DNA from: Octopus sinensis
Taxonomy: Eukaryota
Reading direction: 5' to 3'
Assembly: GCF_006345805.1 (NCBI RefSeq)
Contig: NC_042999.1
Coordinates: 120,218,001 to 120,282,000 of the forward strand
Length of the DNA stretch: 64,000 nt
The first letter of the stretch is position 1; each line of letters starts with the position of its first letter. Of the stretch, positions 12,544-25,197 are shown in pieces. The translations under genes were made by a program, and so were the position numbers. Below the pieces are notes generated by a model. The model saw nothing but the letters and a program-made list of their open reading frames with translations, did not search any database and was not told where the DNA came from.

Positions 12544-13439
12544 GTATATGCATCTGTGTATGCATATACGTATATATTGAGTATATATATAATGTGCTGA
12601 TGGTATCTAATTTTTTATTGCGTGTGTCTATCGTTGTCATTTTCTTCTTTTATTCTGACTGTTTTCCTTGTTGAAACCAAGGATGTAAATACGGCTAGTC
12701 ATGATTTTCTCAGAATCCTTAGCTACGTTTTATAGTAATTTATTTTCGTATTTTGCAATATCATTTTCGTTTTCCCTGCGTAGCATATGTTAGTTCTGCA
12801 TTTTGAGAGTTGTATATGATCAGTAAGCTTTTCACGTAGAATAGAGTCACGAACATGATTCTAATAAAAATGTACATATTTCTGAAGCAATGATGTTATT
12901 TGTTAATTTGTTAACATGTTTTAAGGGTGAACCAGTGTTTTACTCTACAATCTAGCAAAGTATACAGATATGCGCACACGGGAATAGAGTTATATGTATA
13001 TACTTATATACATATTAGTGTATGTGTGTGTATGTGGGTGGGGGTTTAATATTAAAATATGTGCATATCTAATATCTAAATTTCTATATGCAATGATTAC
13101 AGATTCTGCAGCGGCTATTTAATAAAATAAAAAGTAAACATAAAGATACGAAAAGATTGATTTCATAGAATTAGACGCTTTCCTTTTCGGAAGTGGTACA
13201 ATTTGAGGTTACAAATGTCTGATTGTTCTACGTCTTCAACATCATAAATCAAGGTTGCTGTAAAAGGAATAATCAAGAAATTGTTGTAAGACATCAAGAT
13301 TAGTTATTTTAAAATATTTCATGGAAACTGGATTTATCTATAATGTCGAAAGCAAATATTATGCATAACTGTAGAATCTACGAGACCGATTTCATTTTAG
13401 CATATAACACAAGTGGCTCACAAAATATTCAGGAACATT

Positions 13440-16160
13440 ATTAAAAGTTGATGTGAGGAAAATTTATTCTAAGTTTTGTATAATTGATTTGGTCGTGTGC
13501 CTCTGGTCTTGAATAATCTATTATAGCAACATAGACATGCCTTTCTGGAAAGCTTTTGTATGCAAGGCAAAAACACTTGTTGGGGAAATCTATCTTAATA
13601 TATTTTAATGGATTTCTCCCATAAATGTTATAATATTGTGATTAAACTCTTCTATAATTCTATTATGGTGTTTGTTTGCCGTACGTTTTCGAATGCATTG
13701 GCTTACATCATATAGATCAGATTGAAGTTCCGTTCGGTCCTCTGCTCCATTGATAATTTTTTGAAGGTTGAAGTTATCTGCAAATATGTTTTGCGGTATT
13801 TACTGATGCTTGAGATGTAATTTATATAGAGTATAAAGAAACGTGGGTCCAAAACAGTCCCCTAGAGAACACGGCTAGTGCCATTGGCTGAGTTTCAGTG
13901 GACTCCACTCATTGCAGCTTGTGTGCTTTCCCCCAGGGAATGCTTAATCCACTGTAGCAGTTTGCCACGAATTCAAATATTTGACAATTTCGACTTTGTC
14001 AAACGCTTTGTTGAAAAAATGTTACGTGACATCAGAGTTCGAACCTTATCCCAAAGCTTTGCCGACGTCATGGATGTGAAGTAAATGCTGTCAGACAGTC
14101 ATGTCGCAGTGAAAGCCACGCTGGCTGGAATTTAGAAGGTCGTGGCTCCCAAGGAAGTTAGTTGTGCTTGGTCTCATCAACTTTCAAACATTTTGATTAT
14201 ATGGGAGGTGAGTGAGAGTGGGCGGTAGTTAACTTCAAGAGATCTGTTTCCTTTTTTTCGAAGGCCAGGTTGATATATTGGTATAAGAACGGTTTCGATA
14301 TATATATCTGAGGTAGTTATGTCAGATAATATATATCGTGGATTCAGTTAGTTCATATCCCAATATTAGTGGGATCACTGAAGACAAAGCAGTATCATTC
14401 TAGGCACAAGACCCGAAATTTTGGGGGAGGGGAACAGCCGATTAGATCGACCCCAGTACGCAACTGGTACTTAGTTTATCGACCCCCTAAAGGATGAAAG
14501 ACAACGTCGACCTCGGCGGAATTTGAACACAGAACGTAAAGGCAGACGAAATACCTATTTCTTTATTACCCACAAGGGGCTAAACACAGAGGGGACAAAC
14601 AAGGACAGACATAGGTATTAAGTCGATTACATCGACCCCAATGCGTAACTGGTACTTAATTTATCGACCCCGAAAGGATGAAAGGCAAAGTCGACCTAGG
14701 CGGAATTAGAACTCACAACGTAACGGCAGACGAAATACCACTAAGCATTTCGCCCGCCGTGCTAGCGTTTTTTATTTCTTATTTTTTTATTGCCCACAAG
14801 GGGCTATACATACAGGAGATAAACAAAGAACAGACAAAAGGATTAAGTCGATTAGATCCACTCCTAATGCGTAACTGGTACTTAATTTATCGACCCCGAA
14901 AGGATGAAAGGCAAAGTCGACCTAGGCGAATTTGAACACAGAACGTAACGCAGATAAAATATCGCTAGGCATTTCGCCCGGCGTGCTAAAGTTTCTGCCA
15001 AGCAGTACCTTTTCTGCAATACGTCTGTCATTTCCTTAGCATCGTGATGGAGAAAGCTGTTGCCATCTATCAGTGGACCAATACGTGAGACAGCGGTCCA
15101 ATACATGTTGCTATGTGAAAAGACATTTTCAGGGCCGGTTTGATTTTTCCATTACCTAGTTTTCCTCTGTAGCGATTTAGTTGTCGGTGTAGATTTTTGT
15201 ACTGATCTGCAGATGATATATTTTCAATTCCAGCCTTCTTATTGCTGCTGGATGTGGACTCAGTTGTTGATAGTATTGAAATTCGTAGATCTTTTATTAA
15301 ATCTTTACCTCTCATGATGAGTATTTTTTTTCTTTGTGATCTTATCTGTTAGTGCTTGTGAGTTTCTTAGGAGCCTGCTTTAATAATGTATAATTAAAAA
15401 TGGTCTCAAAACGCTGCCATTTGAAAATAGTCTCAAATACTGCTAGGGGAATTGTGAGAGAAGGAGCAGTCGATAAGTTACAAATCTCTTTTAATTGTTC
15501 TCCATTCTACTTTGCGAAAATTGATGCTGCCGATCATGTGCACTGGGTCGTGTATGACAAGTTTCGTTTTGGTATGCCGGGAACTAATTTGCACAGTACC
15601 ATGTTGTGGTCAGAGAGAAGAGATTTTTCAACTGAAATGCTATGGATGGAGCTACAGTGATTTATTTAAAATCAGATCAAGGATTATTTTGCCTTACCTT
15701 GGTTTAAGCACAAGTTGTGTTTAAAATAATTCATCCATTAAATTGAATATTATTTCTGTTGCTCCTTTGTCTGGTGTAGCGCAGTTTCCTACCGTCATAG
15801 TATTTTAAGCAAGTTCATATAAGTGAGGTTTAAATCGCTCATCAACAATATGTTTTAGGAGTTGTACTTTTGGTTAAAGGACCTGATTTTGTACAGATAC
15901 ACTTCACTGGATCTTGATGAGGCCTTTAGAAACCGATATTGGTTATGTCTTTAACTTTGTTCATTAGCGATATATGGATTCACTGTCACCGCTGGAAAAT
16001 ATATCCTTGGCATATATGGCAAAGGAATCATGGAGAACAATGACAGCTACTCCTTTCTCTCGGTCCGTATGATCTGTAAAGATGATGATGAAATATATAA
16101 TTTTCACCTCAGCATCCAATTGATTGTTGGTCAGGTAAGTTTCCTTGAGAATGAAAAAAT
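13440..16160 (-). mobile_element. Decayed near full-length CR1-group LINE ORF2 (APE + RT), interrupted by SINEs
   Basis: APE start ILKETYLTNNQLDAEV..DR.KGVAV at ~16000-16160; FNKAFDKV and GTVLDPRFFILYIN RT motifs at ~13800-14030. Confidence 0.7.
14397..15003 (-). mobile_element. Three tandem or nested copies of a second tRNA-derived SINE family
   Basis: GTCGACTTTGCCTTTCATCCTTTCGGGGTCGATAAATTAAGTACCAG core repeated 3x on the minus strand; full head seen at 25198. Confidence 0.85.
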
Positions 16161-16204
16161 TGATGCATTTTATAATACATACGTACACACACACACACAC
16201 ACAC

Positions 16205-16435
16205 AAGCACAAACACGCAGACCTCGTGTGTACCGTTGCCGATTTTTTTCCCTCTGTCTTCCCTTCTCTGGATCTTTCCTTCTCCTATGTTTCCGACGAA
16301 GAGCTCCGCTCGAAACGTTTAACCCTCCTTCTTTCCTTCTTTCCTGAGCGTCCAATAATACTATATTTGTTCCGCATCCTCACGTTGTTGTGTTTTTTTG
16401 CCTTCTTGTTTGGATTAACTATATATAGAGAGATA
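16205..16435 (+). mobile_element. Short non-coding PLE-derived element with hammerhead motif (relative of 830-1045)
   Basis: Shared motifs with the 830 copy; flanked by (CA)n and (TA)n. Confidence 0.6.
16289..16323 (+). ncRNA. Minimal hammerhead-like motif, CCGACGA core
   Basis: GTTT-CCGACGA-A-GAGC tcc GCTC-GAAA-CG-TT-TAAC. Confidence 0.65.
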
Positions 16436-16458
16436 CTTAGTAATCTTAATATTTCTAT

Positions 16459-16500
<42 letters not shown>

Positions 16501-16661
16501 CATATATATATAATTAAAATTATAATTAAGGGTATCTAAGAGATACCTCCATGCTAGATATAGCAGCCAAAACTTGACTCTAAAACCACATTAAATGTTC
16601 ATACAACACCAGGAGAGAAGACAAAGAGACAAAATGAACTAGCAAAAAACTATTGAATAAA

Positions 16662-16716
16662 TCCAGATCCCGGATTTCTGGCTCTGCATAAGAAATGATT
16701 TGCCTTCATCCCTGGA
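16662..16716 (-). ncRNA. Degenerate hammerhead-like motif (G at position 3)
   Basis: TCCA-GGGATGA-A-GGC..GCC-A-GAAA-TCCGGGA-TC-TGGA. Confidence 0.45.
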
Positions 16717-16899
16717 ATATACGCAAATGGTACATAAATACAAATACATATATATACAACATACGAATGCTTACATATACACACGTATACATACATATGT
16801 ATGCACGTATGTACAAGACCAGTTTAAATTGTCCACCTAATTGTCGTGTGCATAAGTGCATTTATATGCATGTATACGTGCGTATATGTAAGTATTCGT

Positions 16900-16940
<41 letters not shown>

Positions 16941-16952
16941 CATTTCGTATAT

Positions 16953-17007
16953 TCCAGTGATGAAGGCAAAGCATTTCTTATGCACCGTCAGAAATCCGTG
17001 ATCTGGA
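16953..17007 (+). ncRNA. Mirror degenerate hammerhead-like motif
   Basis: TCCA-GTGATGA-A-GGC..GTC-A-GAAA-TCCGTGA-TC-TGGA. Confidence 0.45.
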
Positions 17008-17245
17008 GTTATCCAATAATTTTTTGCTAGTTTATTTTGTCTCTTTGTCTTCTCTCCTGGTGGTGTATGAACATTTAATGTGGTTTTACAGTCAGATTGT
17101 GGCTGCTATATTTAGCATGTGGGAATCTCTTAGATATCCTTATTTAAATGTTAATAATAATTATTACTTATGAGGATTTTATACCCCTGCTAGTCACCTG
17201 GTATGACCGGTATTTTTAATAAAGATCTTCCTATTTATATAAATT

Positions 17246-17288
<43 letters not shown>

Positions 17289-17642
17289 ATGCATATATAC
17301 ATGCATATATACATGCATATATGTGTGTGTGTGCGCGTATGTATATATATATATTGTTATTGGCATTCTTTCTGTCTCGGGAGACAATGGAGTTGCGCAT
17401 TTTTTTTTTTTTTTTTTTAGGTCTAGTCCGGCTGTTATATTTTATTTCCTGTTACATTTGTTGCTGTGGCTGTGTAGTCCTATCCTGGACAAACACTCCC
17501 TCTGGCAGGTACTGCAAATGTAGCGAAGACTGTTCCTGGCTGGTTGTAGTGCCATGGTCTCTTGTTTATGTCTCTTCCTTTCTTTCCATTTCTCCTATAT
17601 ATATGTATATATATATATATATATATACATACATATCTATAT

Positions 17643-18250
17643 GATCAACTAATAAGGGTGAGAAAATTGGATACTAATTTAATAGTACATCAACCTACCG
17701 GATCTATTTTTAGTGCTAGAGTCGACCACATAGTGGCTACTCTCTTATATTTACGTATAAAATTTATTGTATTCCTGGTTTATTCCACTTGGTGTTAAAT
17801 GGATGTACTATTAAATTAGTATCCAATTTTCTCACCCTTATTAGTTGATTGTAATTATACTCATTTAATTTTTGATGTAGTATCTGTTTCCGTGAATTTT
17901 GGCGGGCTGTGGCGGGGGTACTTGAATTATAACAGCGAATGCAATCGACTGAACCGCACGTGTGTTTATCGTTATGGTAAAATCTGGCGTGCGGTTGAGT
18001 AAATTGTATTCTGGACGGGTTCGGCTGAAGAGCTACAGATATGTTATGTGAGTAAAATTACATAAATTATTAATGGTGAAACAATTGTCCTGAACTAATC
18101 TGCATTTTTGTTATTTTTATTTGCCCTGTTCGTTTACGCTAGTAGTCAAGGGCTAACTTTCATCGGAAACAATTCTTCGTGGCTGAAACCTACCTGATCT
18201 AAATTTTAGTGCTAGAGTCGACCACATAGTGGCTACTCTCTTATATTTAC
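17643..18250. repeat. Inverted repeat (17643-17690/17801-17850) plus direct repeat (~17690-17752/~18186-18250)
   Basis: Both repeats read directly; ends at (TA)n. Confidence 0.8.
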
Positions 18251-18318
18251 ATATATATATATATAGATAGATATATAGATAGGTATGTATATGTATATAT
18301 ATATATGTATATATATAC

Positions 18319-18369
<51 letters not shown>

Positions 18370-19783
18370 AAAAATCATACATATAGACATAGCTGTATAT
18401 ATACATATGTGCATATAAATGCATGTGTGCGTATGAATATATATATGTGTGTGTATGCGTGTGTGTGCGTGTGCATGTGTGTGTTTGTATATGCGTGTGT
18501 GTGTGTCTTTGTATGTGTATGTGTGTCTGTGCGCATGTATTCATATGTGTGTATCGGTGCACGTATGCATATCTCAGTCCACGGTTGCAGTAAAGACGAG
18601 TGCTTGTCCACGGGTGCTTTTTGCTTTTATCTATATCAATTAGACATTGGTTATATTTTTCAGTTAATACGTAATTAGTTATAGAACACTCACGGTTCAT
18701 AAATAGTGATATCAAATGAAATCGATATATCTTGTGACTTCGGTATTCAACATGTATATTATATATTATACAAACACATCCACAGGCACGGGCGCGCACA
18801 CACACACAGATCTCGAAGTCCAATTTAAACGTATTTGCCTTAGAAGTGAGATCATTGATATTTCCATAGTCCCATCCTATATGTAATTACACGTATGTGG
18901 ACACGTGTGTATGTATGAGAACATTTGAGTCCGTATCTGTATAAGCCTGTGATTCTTTTCAATCGTATATTTCCTTATAAATATCCACCGAATCATTAAT
19001 ATGATTGCATATTGCACGCCTACAAACACACGTGTTTATGTAAAGTTTCATAACTGATATGAGACCAGACATATGCAAAATATGATGTAAATATAAGCGC
19101 TGCGCCCAGTAACTTTAGAGATATATTGGCACCTAATGAACAAAAAAAAAATCACGAAATCAAGAACACTATTCAATGGTTATTGACTCATATTCAAGTA
19201 TTTTAATAAATTGGTTCTTCTTAATATAAATGTATATGTGTATATTTATGTGTATATATATGTGTGTATATATGTATATATTATATAGTATATGTTATAT
19301 ACAATTATATATATATATATATACTTATTGATGTTATTGATGTTATCATTATTATTATCATCATTATTATTATTATTATTATTATTATATTATTATTTTT
19401 ATTATTATTATTAATATTATTATTATTATTATTATTATTTTAATCATCATCATCATCATCATTATTAATTCAAAATATATATTAAATAACTTTGTGTGCT
19501 TGAGTTGGTGGTCGTGCATTCGTGCGTTCGCATGTGTATATGTGAGTGTGTTTGTGTGTGTGCGTGTACGTGCGTACGGCGTGTGTGTATGTGTGTGTAA
19601 ATGCGTATGGGCATTTGGTTGAAAAAAGCACTCGCTCAAGTCAAATGTTATACGTGTTATACACTATCTCATACATGTATAATCACCAGTAGAATTATTC
19701 AATTGAATGTTTGAGTATTTATACATACATACACACACATAAATAAATATATACACATATATATCTATGTGTGTGTGTGTGCT

Positions 19784-19823
<40 letters not shown>

Positions 19824-21381
19824 GTATGTATATATTATATGCTATCTGGCTATACGCATGCACACGCAGACATGTTGAATGGTTGAATGCTATTTTTTTT
19901 GTTTTAGTTTTTGCATTGTGCTTATATATATGTGCGCGTGTGTTTGCGTAGCGGAAATAAGTAAACACGTTTGCATGTTTAGAACTATGGATGCATGGAT
20001 GAATGGATGGCTAAATGGATGTTGGGATTGTTCAACATAAATAGATTATCAGCTACAATATTACAACTACATGTTTCCTTTCATTGAAATCTTTTAAAAA
20101 AATATATTTTTGATGAATAAATAAAACAGAAAGAAAGGCGAGGAAGAAAGAAAGCGAGAAATAAAGACGGAAAATGTATAAAAGAAAAGAAAACAAGCAA
20201 AGTTGGAAAGGAGAAGAAAACAAATGAAATCCTGATCTGAAATTTCATTGGTAGCTTTCGTAGGAATTCTTTGCAACAAGCTATCACAGTTAATATGGAA
20301 GTTAAGCGATGGATGAGTCTTTTCATTTGCTTGTTTACTTTTTATTTACAATTTATTTACACGCATTCAATCTGTTCCTATTGATTTTTTTAAGGAATGC
20401 ATCCAGTTTCTATCAGATCTAGGAAAATCAACACATTAAAGATGACAGGTGTAATTTTATATTGATGCCTTGATGTACACGGATTTCTTTTTTCTTTTTT
20501 TTTCCTGCAGATATGATTTCTCTGATTCAACCGTATTTCTATAATATTATAAACCTGAACATGGATGCTATACATGTTCATAGAAATATATTGATTCAGC
20601 GAGTAAGACTTTTTTCTTCAGTATCCGTCTTATCATTTTTACACAATTTCTTCTTCGTTAAATGTAGGCAGAAAGTGTCACAGATCTTTTATAACTGAAT
20701 TATATTCTAAAGACATACAACAAACTGAAGACGGCACTTCATCACTAGTCTTCTGTTATTCTAAAAAGCATAGTCAATAGTTTGCGAACTTATATACATA
20801 ACAAAAGAAATGCATATGTCTAAGATACATATAACTCTCAAAGCAACGCACACAAATGCACACCATTATTGTACAAATAGACAGATATAAACTAGACACA
20901 ACTACATAAATGTGTATGTGTGAGAGTAAGAATGCAAGTAAATGTGCGTGAGTGTGTGTGTATATAAATATATGCGTACATATATGGTATATCAGTTAAA
21001 AGTTCGCTTCCCAACCATGATCTGCTGAGTTTAATTCCAGTTGGCAAATTAGGCGGAGGTTTTCTAAAATAGGCAGCTATTGACTCGATATTTGTTAGTG
21101 AAAACGGACACACAGAGCACGTAGACGGCTCTCGGATGCACTGTTTTTACTTAAGTTAGAAACTGTTACACTTACACTTCCTAAATTCTCCATCAATGGT
21201 ATATGTGTCAGAGAATTATTCAGCGAAATACATTAAAAGTTGATGTATAGGTAGTCAGCAAATTCAACAACTGAAATAACGACCTATCATCAAAACTGAC
21301 ACTAGTTCCATTTACGTTAGGCACATACATAAATATTTTGTGTTACTCAAACATGCATACATACATACACACACAGAGACA

Positions 21382-21430
<49 letters not shown>

Positions 21431-21860
21431 TATATTATAATATAATATATATATTATATATACACGCACACGTATGCAAGTATAAATATATTATACTTGT
21501 GTATATATATATCAACCTATATATATAATTTATATATATATACATACATGGGTGTATGCATGTATGCTTGTATGCATATTTCAATATTACATGCATCGTG
21601 ATATGTGGTATAACTAGAAGCTCGTTAACTGCTGACTATATCTGTTACAATACAAGAAGACTAAAGGATCGTTTTCTGCTTGCGATATTGTTAGAACAAA
21701 ATTCTGTTACTGGTTTGCAACGTTTCCTGCATAAGGTCAGCAAAGAAAATGTATGTAAAAGAGATAAAAGTAAAGTGCACTCTGCAGTAATAGATTTCAC
21801 TCAAAACTATGTACAATCCATATCCATCTATCTATCTATGTATCTCTCTCTCCCTCCTCT

Positions 21861-21902
<42 letters not shown>

Positions 21903-21915
21903 AATACATGCATAC

Positions 21916-21946
<31 letters not shown>

Positions 21947-22120
21947 TATATATAAATATACATGCGCGCAAGCATACACTTACATAACTATCGAATATAT
22001 ATTATATATGTGTATATATATATATATACACGCATGCACTCACATACACGCATACAACCAAACACACACACATATATACATAACAATATGTATATGTATG
22101 CATATATAAATATTATATAT

Positions 22121-22444
22121 CTTTGACTCCGCCGGTTACGACGACGAGGGTCCCAGCTGATACGATCAACGGAACAGCTTGCTCGTGAAATTAACGTGCA
22201 AATGGCTGAGCATCCACAGACACGTGTACCCTTAACGTAGTTCTCGGGGATAATCAGCGTGACACAGAGAGTGACAAGGCTGACCCTTTGAAATACAAGT
22301 ACAACTCATTTTTGCCAGCTGAGTGGACTGGAGCAACGTGAAATAAAGTGTCTTGCTCAAGGACACAACGCGTCGCCGGGAATCGAACTCACAACCTTAC
22401 GATCATGAGCCGAATGCCCTAACCACTAAGCCACGCGCCCTCAC
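22121..22444 (-). mobile_element. Full-length tRNA-derived SINE (third family)
   Basis: Head GCGCGTGGCTTAGTGGTTAGGG..GTTCGATTCCC (A/B boxes), then TGTGTCCTTGAGCAAGACACTT central domain. Confidence 0.85.
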
Positions 22445-22664
22445 TATATATATATACATACATACATACATACATACATGTATGTATGTATGTATGTATG
22501 TATGTATGTATGTATGTATGTATGTATGTATGTATGTATGTATGTATGTATGTGTGTGTGTGAGTGTGTGTGTGTATGTGTGTGTGAGTGCGTTAAATAA
22601 AATGCGACAACAAAACCAAGGCTATGTGGAATTTATAAAGAGGACATTTATAAAGAGAAAGTTA

Positions 22665-22712
22665 GTTTTACAGTTGTTTCTGGGATATCAGGGATATTGC
22701 TTCATCAAAGAC
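22665..22712 (-). ncRNA. Degenerate hammerhead-like motif
   Basis: GTCT-TTGATGA-A-..ATATC cct GATAT..-A-GAAA-CAACTG-TA-AAAC. Confidence 0.45.
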
Positions 22713-22905
22713 AATATAAGACAGTTAACTAATATAAGGAGTTATTTTGGAAAATGATGGATGTAGGAAGTATAAAGGGAAATAAAAGAATAAAAATAAA
22801 AATAAAAAATATATGGAGGATGTTAGCACTTACATAGCCTTACCTGCCATCTTGGATCTTCCAGATACCAATACCTCATATATAAATATTAATAATATAT
22901 ATATA

Positions 22906-22943
<38 letters not shown>

Positions 22944-22946
22944 TAT

Positions 22947-23410
22947 ACATGGTGGCTGACCCCTCGTTATCGAGTATGGCCATTGCACGAAGCTTAATCA
23001 ATGTTGTTATCGTGCAATGCCTGTGCAAGAATATTTTTTTTAAAGTGAGGAAAGGCCGTGCACTGAGTCAATCCCACTCACTAAGCAACAACAGCCATAA
23101 TCCGAAAAGAAGAACAAGTCAACATCATCGGTAACCACTGAGCCGCAGGTTTTATGTCGGAGTTATCCCAGTTACCTGAGTTACCTTCTCCTAGAAAGAT
23201 GCCCTAAGAGTCCTTCACTCGTTATGGTTTAACCGCGCGATCGTGTCGTCGCATGGTCGGGTCGTCGGCGACTAAACCGGCAACCCCACCAAGCTGCTTG
23301 TTGAGGTGGGTGTTTATTGGACATCCTGCGGGATGAAAACCAAAGCCCGTCAAAGGGCGGAAGAACTCTTGAGAGTCAACGGCCATCCAGTAAATGTCTT
23401 AAGGCTGTAT
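22947..23410 (+). mobile_element. GC-rich fragment, possibly the 5' UTR of an RTE-type LINE
   Basis: GC-rich island between (TA)n tracts; resemblance by eye only. Confidence 0.3.
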
Positions 23411-23934
23411 CATGCGCGGGGACATAGAATATATATATATAATAATATATATATATATATATATAATATATATATATATATACATACATACATACATACA
23501 TATATACATACATACATACATACATACATACATACATACATACATACATACATACATACACGCACATACACACACACATACTTTTATACTGAAGTTATAA
23601 TAATATAGATAATTATATTAAAGTGTGCGAATTTACCACACCTCCTCGCTAAAGATAAATGCCAAATTACTCTAAAAACCACCTCACAACTCCATTAACA
23701 CACATTATTGTCGAGCAATGGAAAAATAAATAAAACTTTTAGATCAATTGTATACCGAAACTTAGCGTTATGAAAACACCTTGCTATCTTCAGCACAATA
23801 CACTAAAGTATATTCACACAAATATTTATACATACCCATACGAATATTTATAATGTAATTATCTATATAATTATAAATTTAGTATATATATATATATAAA
23901 TGAAAGAATGGAGTCGAACGAAGATGTTCCTTTA

Positions 23935-24016
23935 CTCTCGACGTATGTTTCGAAAACAACATGTTTTCATTCCAAAGGAATAAAGGGTGCATTATGCAAT
24001 CTTCTCATCAGGAAAG
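23935..24016 (-). ncRNA. Type-I hammerhead-like motif, fully canonical core, extended helix II
   Basis: CTTTC-CTGATGA-GAAGA..(TGCA taa TGCA; ATTCC ttt GGAAT)..TTTTC-GAAA-CATACG-TC-GAGAG; GUC triplet. Confidence 0.8.
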
Positions 24017-24091
24017 AAAGGGAGCCTCTCTCCTACATGTAGGCAGTCATCGAAATTTTTGTTTGTCTTGTTGTCGAGAGAGGCTCTCTTT

Positions 24092-24173
24092 CTTTCCTGA
24101 TGAGAAGATTGCATAATGCACCCTTTATTCCTTTGGAATGAAAACGTGTTGTCTTCGAAACATATGTGGAGAG
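24092..24173 (+). ncRNA. Mirror hammerhead-like motif (H17=G, likely dead)
   Basis: CTTTC-CTGATGA-GAAGA..TCTTC-GAAA-CATATG-TG-GAGAG. Confidence 0.7.
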
Positions 24174-24633
24174 TAAAGGAATTTTGTTAACATCTTCGTT
24201 CGACTCCATTCTTTCATTTATTCATACACAACACACAAATTTCTACACATGAACCCAGAGATTCTACCCTTGGACAGGTCGCTTCAACCGTGTTTCTGAC
24301 GTGAATTTACTACCCAGGTTTCGGTTAAACGAATTTTCCATGCTGATGATAAACATAGAATAATTCATTCACCTATATATATATATATTATATATATATA
24401 TATTATATATATATATATATATTATATATATATCTATAATAATATATATGTATGTATGTATATATGTATGTATGTAGTATGTATGTATGTATGTATGTAT
24501 GTATGTACGTATGTATGTATGTATGTATGTATGTATGTATACAGAGTGCGTAAAGTATTTGAGGACATAACATGTTTGTGTCATTGCTACATTCTTTCCT
24601 AGATTTCTATAATCTTTGTTTCAGAAATTAATA

Positions 24634-24905
24634 ATGGCAGACCCTCAACTTACTCAAGAATTGAAGAGGCATGCGGTTAATTGTGGTTATAAAGCCTGAG
24701 GATAGCGATTTAGAAATACCTCGATGTTTAAAATTTGCCAGATATTCCGTCTAGAGAGTTTGTAAGGAACTAGAAACTGAAGATGAAAACGTATCACCAG
24801 TATCAAAGCCTAAAACGCCTTCTCAACGCTCTGAAATCATCAGAACACTTGAATTTATCCAACAAGTTCAACAGGCTATTGATTACAATCCCAGAAAGTT
24901 CATGA
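24634..24905 (+). mobile_element. Tc1/mariner transposase N-terminal relic
   Basis: MADPQLTQELKRHA...RSEIIRTLEFIQQVQQAIDYNPRK resembles the mariner HTH/paired region; contains stops. Confidence 0.5.
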
Positions 24906-25197
24906 ATTGTCATTTTTCGTCACTCAGGGTCTACGTATTCAATTTCACGCTACTTTAACGCATGAAGTTTTGTAATTTAACGCTTCTTTTGAAATGAACG
25001 AAAGTTAATGTGGTGGAGTTGTGTATGTGTGACTGCGTCTGTATGTATAAGCAGATAGAAAACTTCTATTTGCAAACACAAGAATCTGGTTTCCGTTCCT
25101 ATACGTCGCATCTTGAGCAAATACCTCTATCTAAAACATTGGAGCGACCCATATTGTGTGAGTGAAATTGGCTGGAGAGAAATTCTATAGAATTCAA

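Larger units (their letters stand above)
16523..17146. repeat. Long imperfect inverted repeat (~290-bp arms, ~30-bp loop), PLE-terminus-like
   Basis: Arms ~16523-16815 and ~16848-17146 are reverse complements. Confidence 0.9.
23897..24220. repeat. Inverted repeat (arms 23897-24032 and ~24076-24220) made of two PLE termini
   Basis: Near-identical reverse complements; the right arm has a ~10-nt insertion. Confidence 0.95.

Noticed and set aside
18020-18200. CTGAAGA (18025) and GAAAC (18183) as one ribozyme
   Set aside because: Too far apart with no consistent helices.
22947-22995. HDV-like ribozyme at a putative RTE 5' end
   Set aside because: Only a simple nested stem-loop; no P2/P1.1 pseudoknot found.
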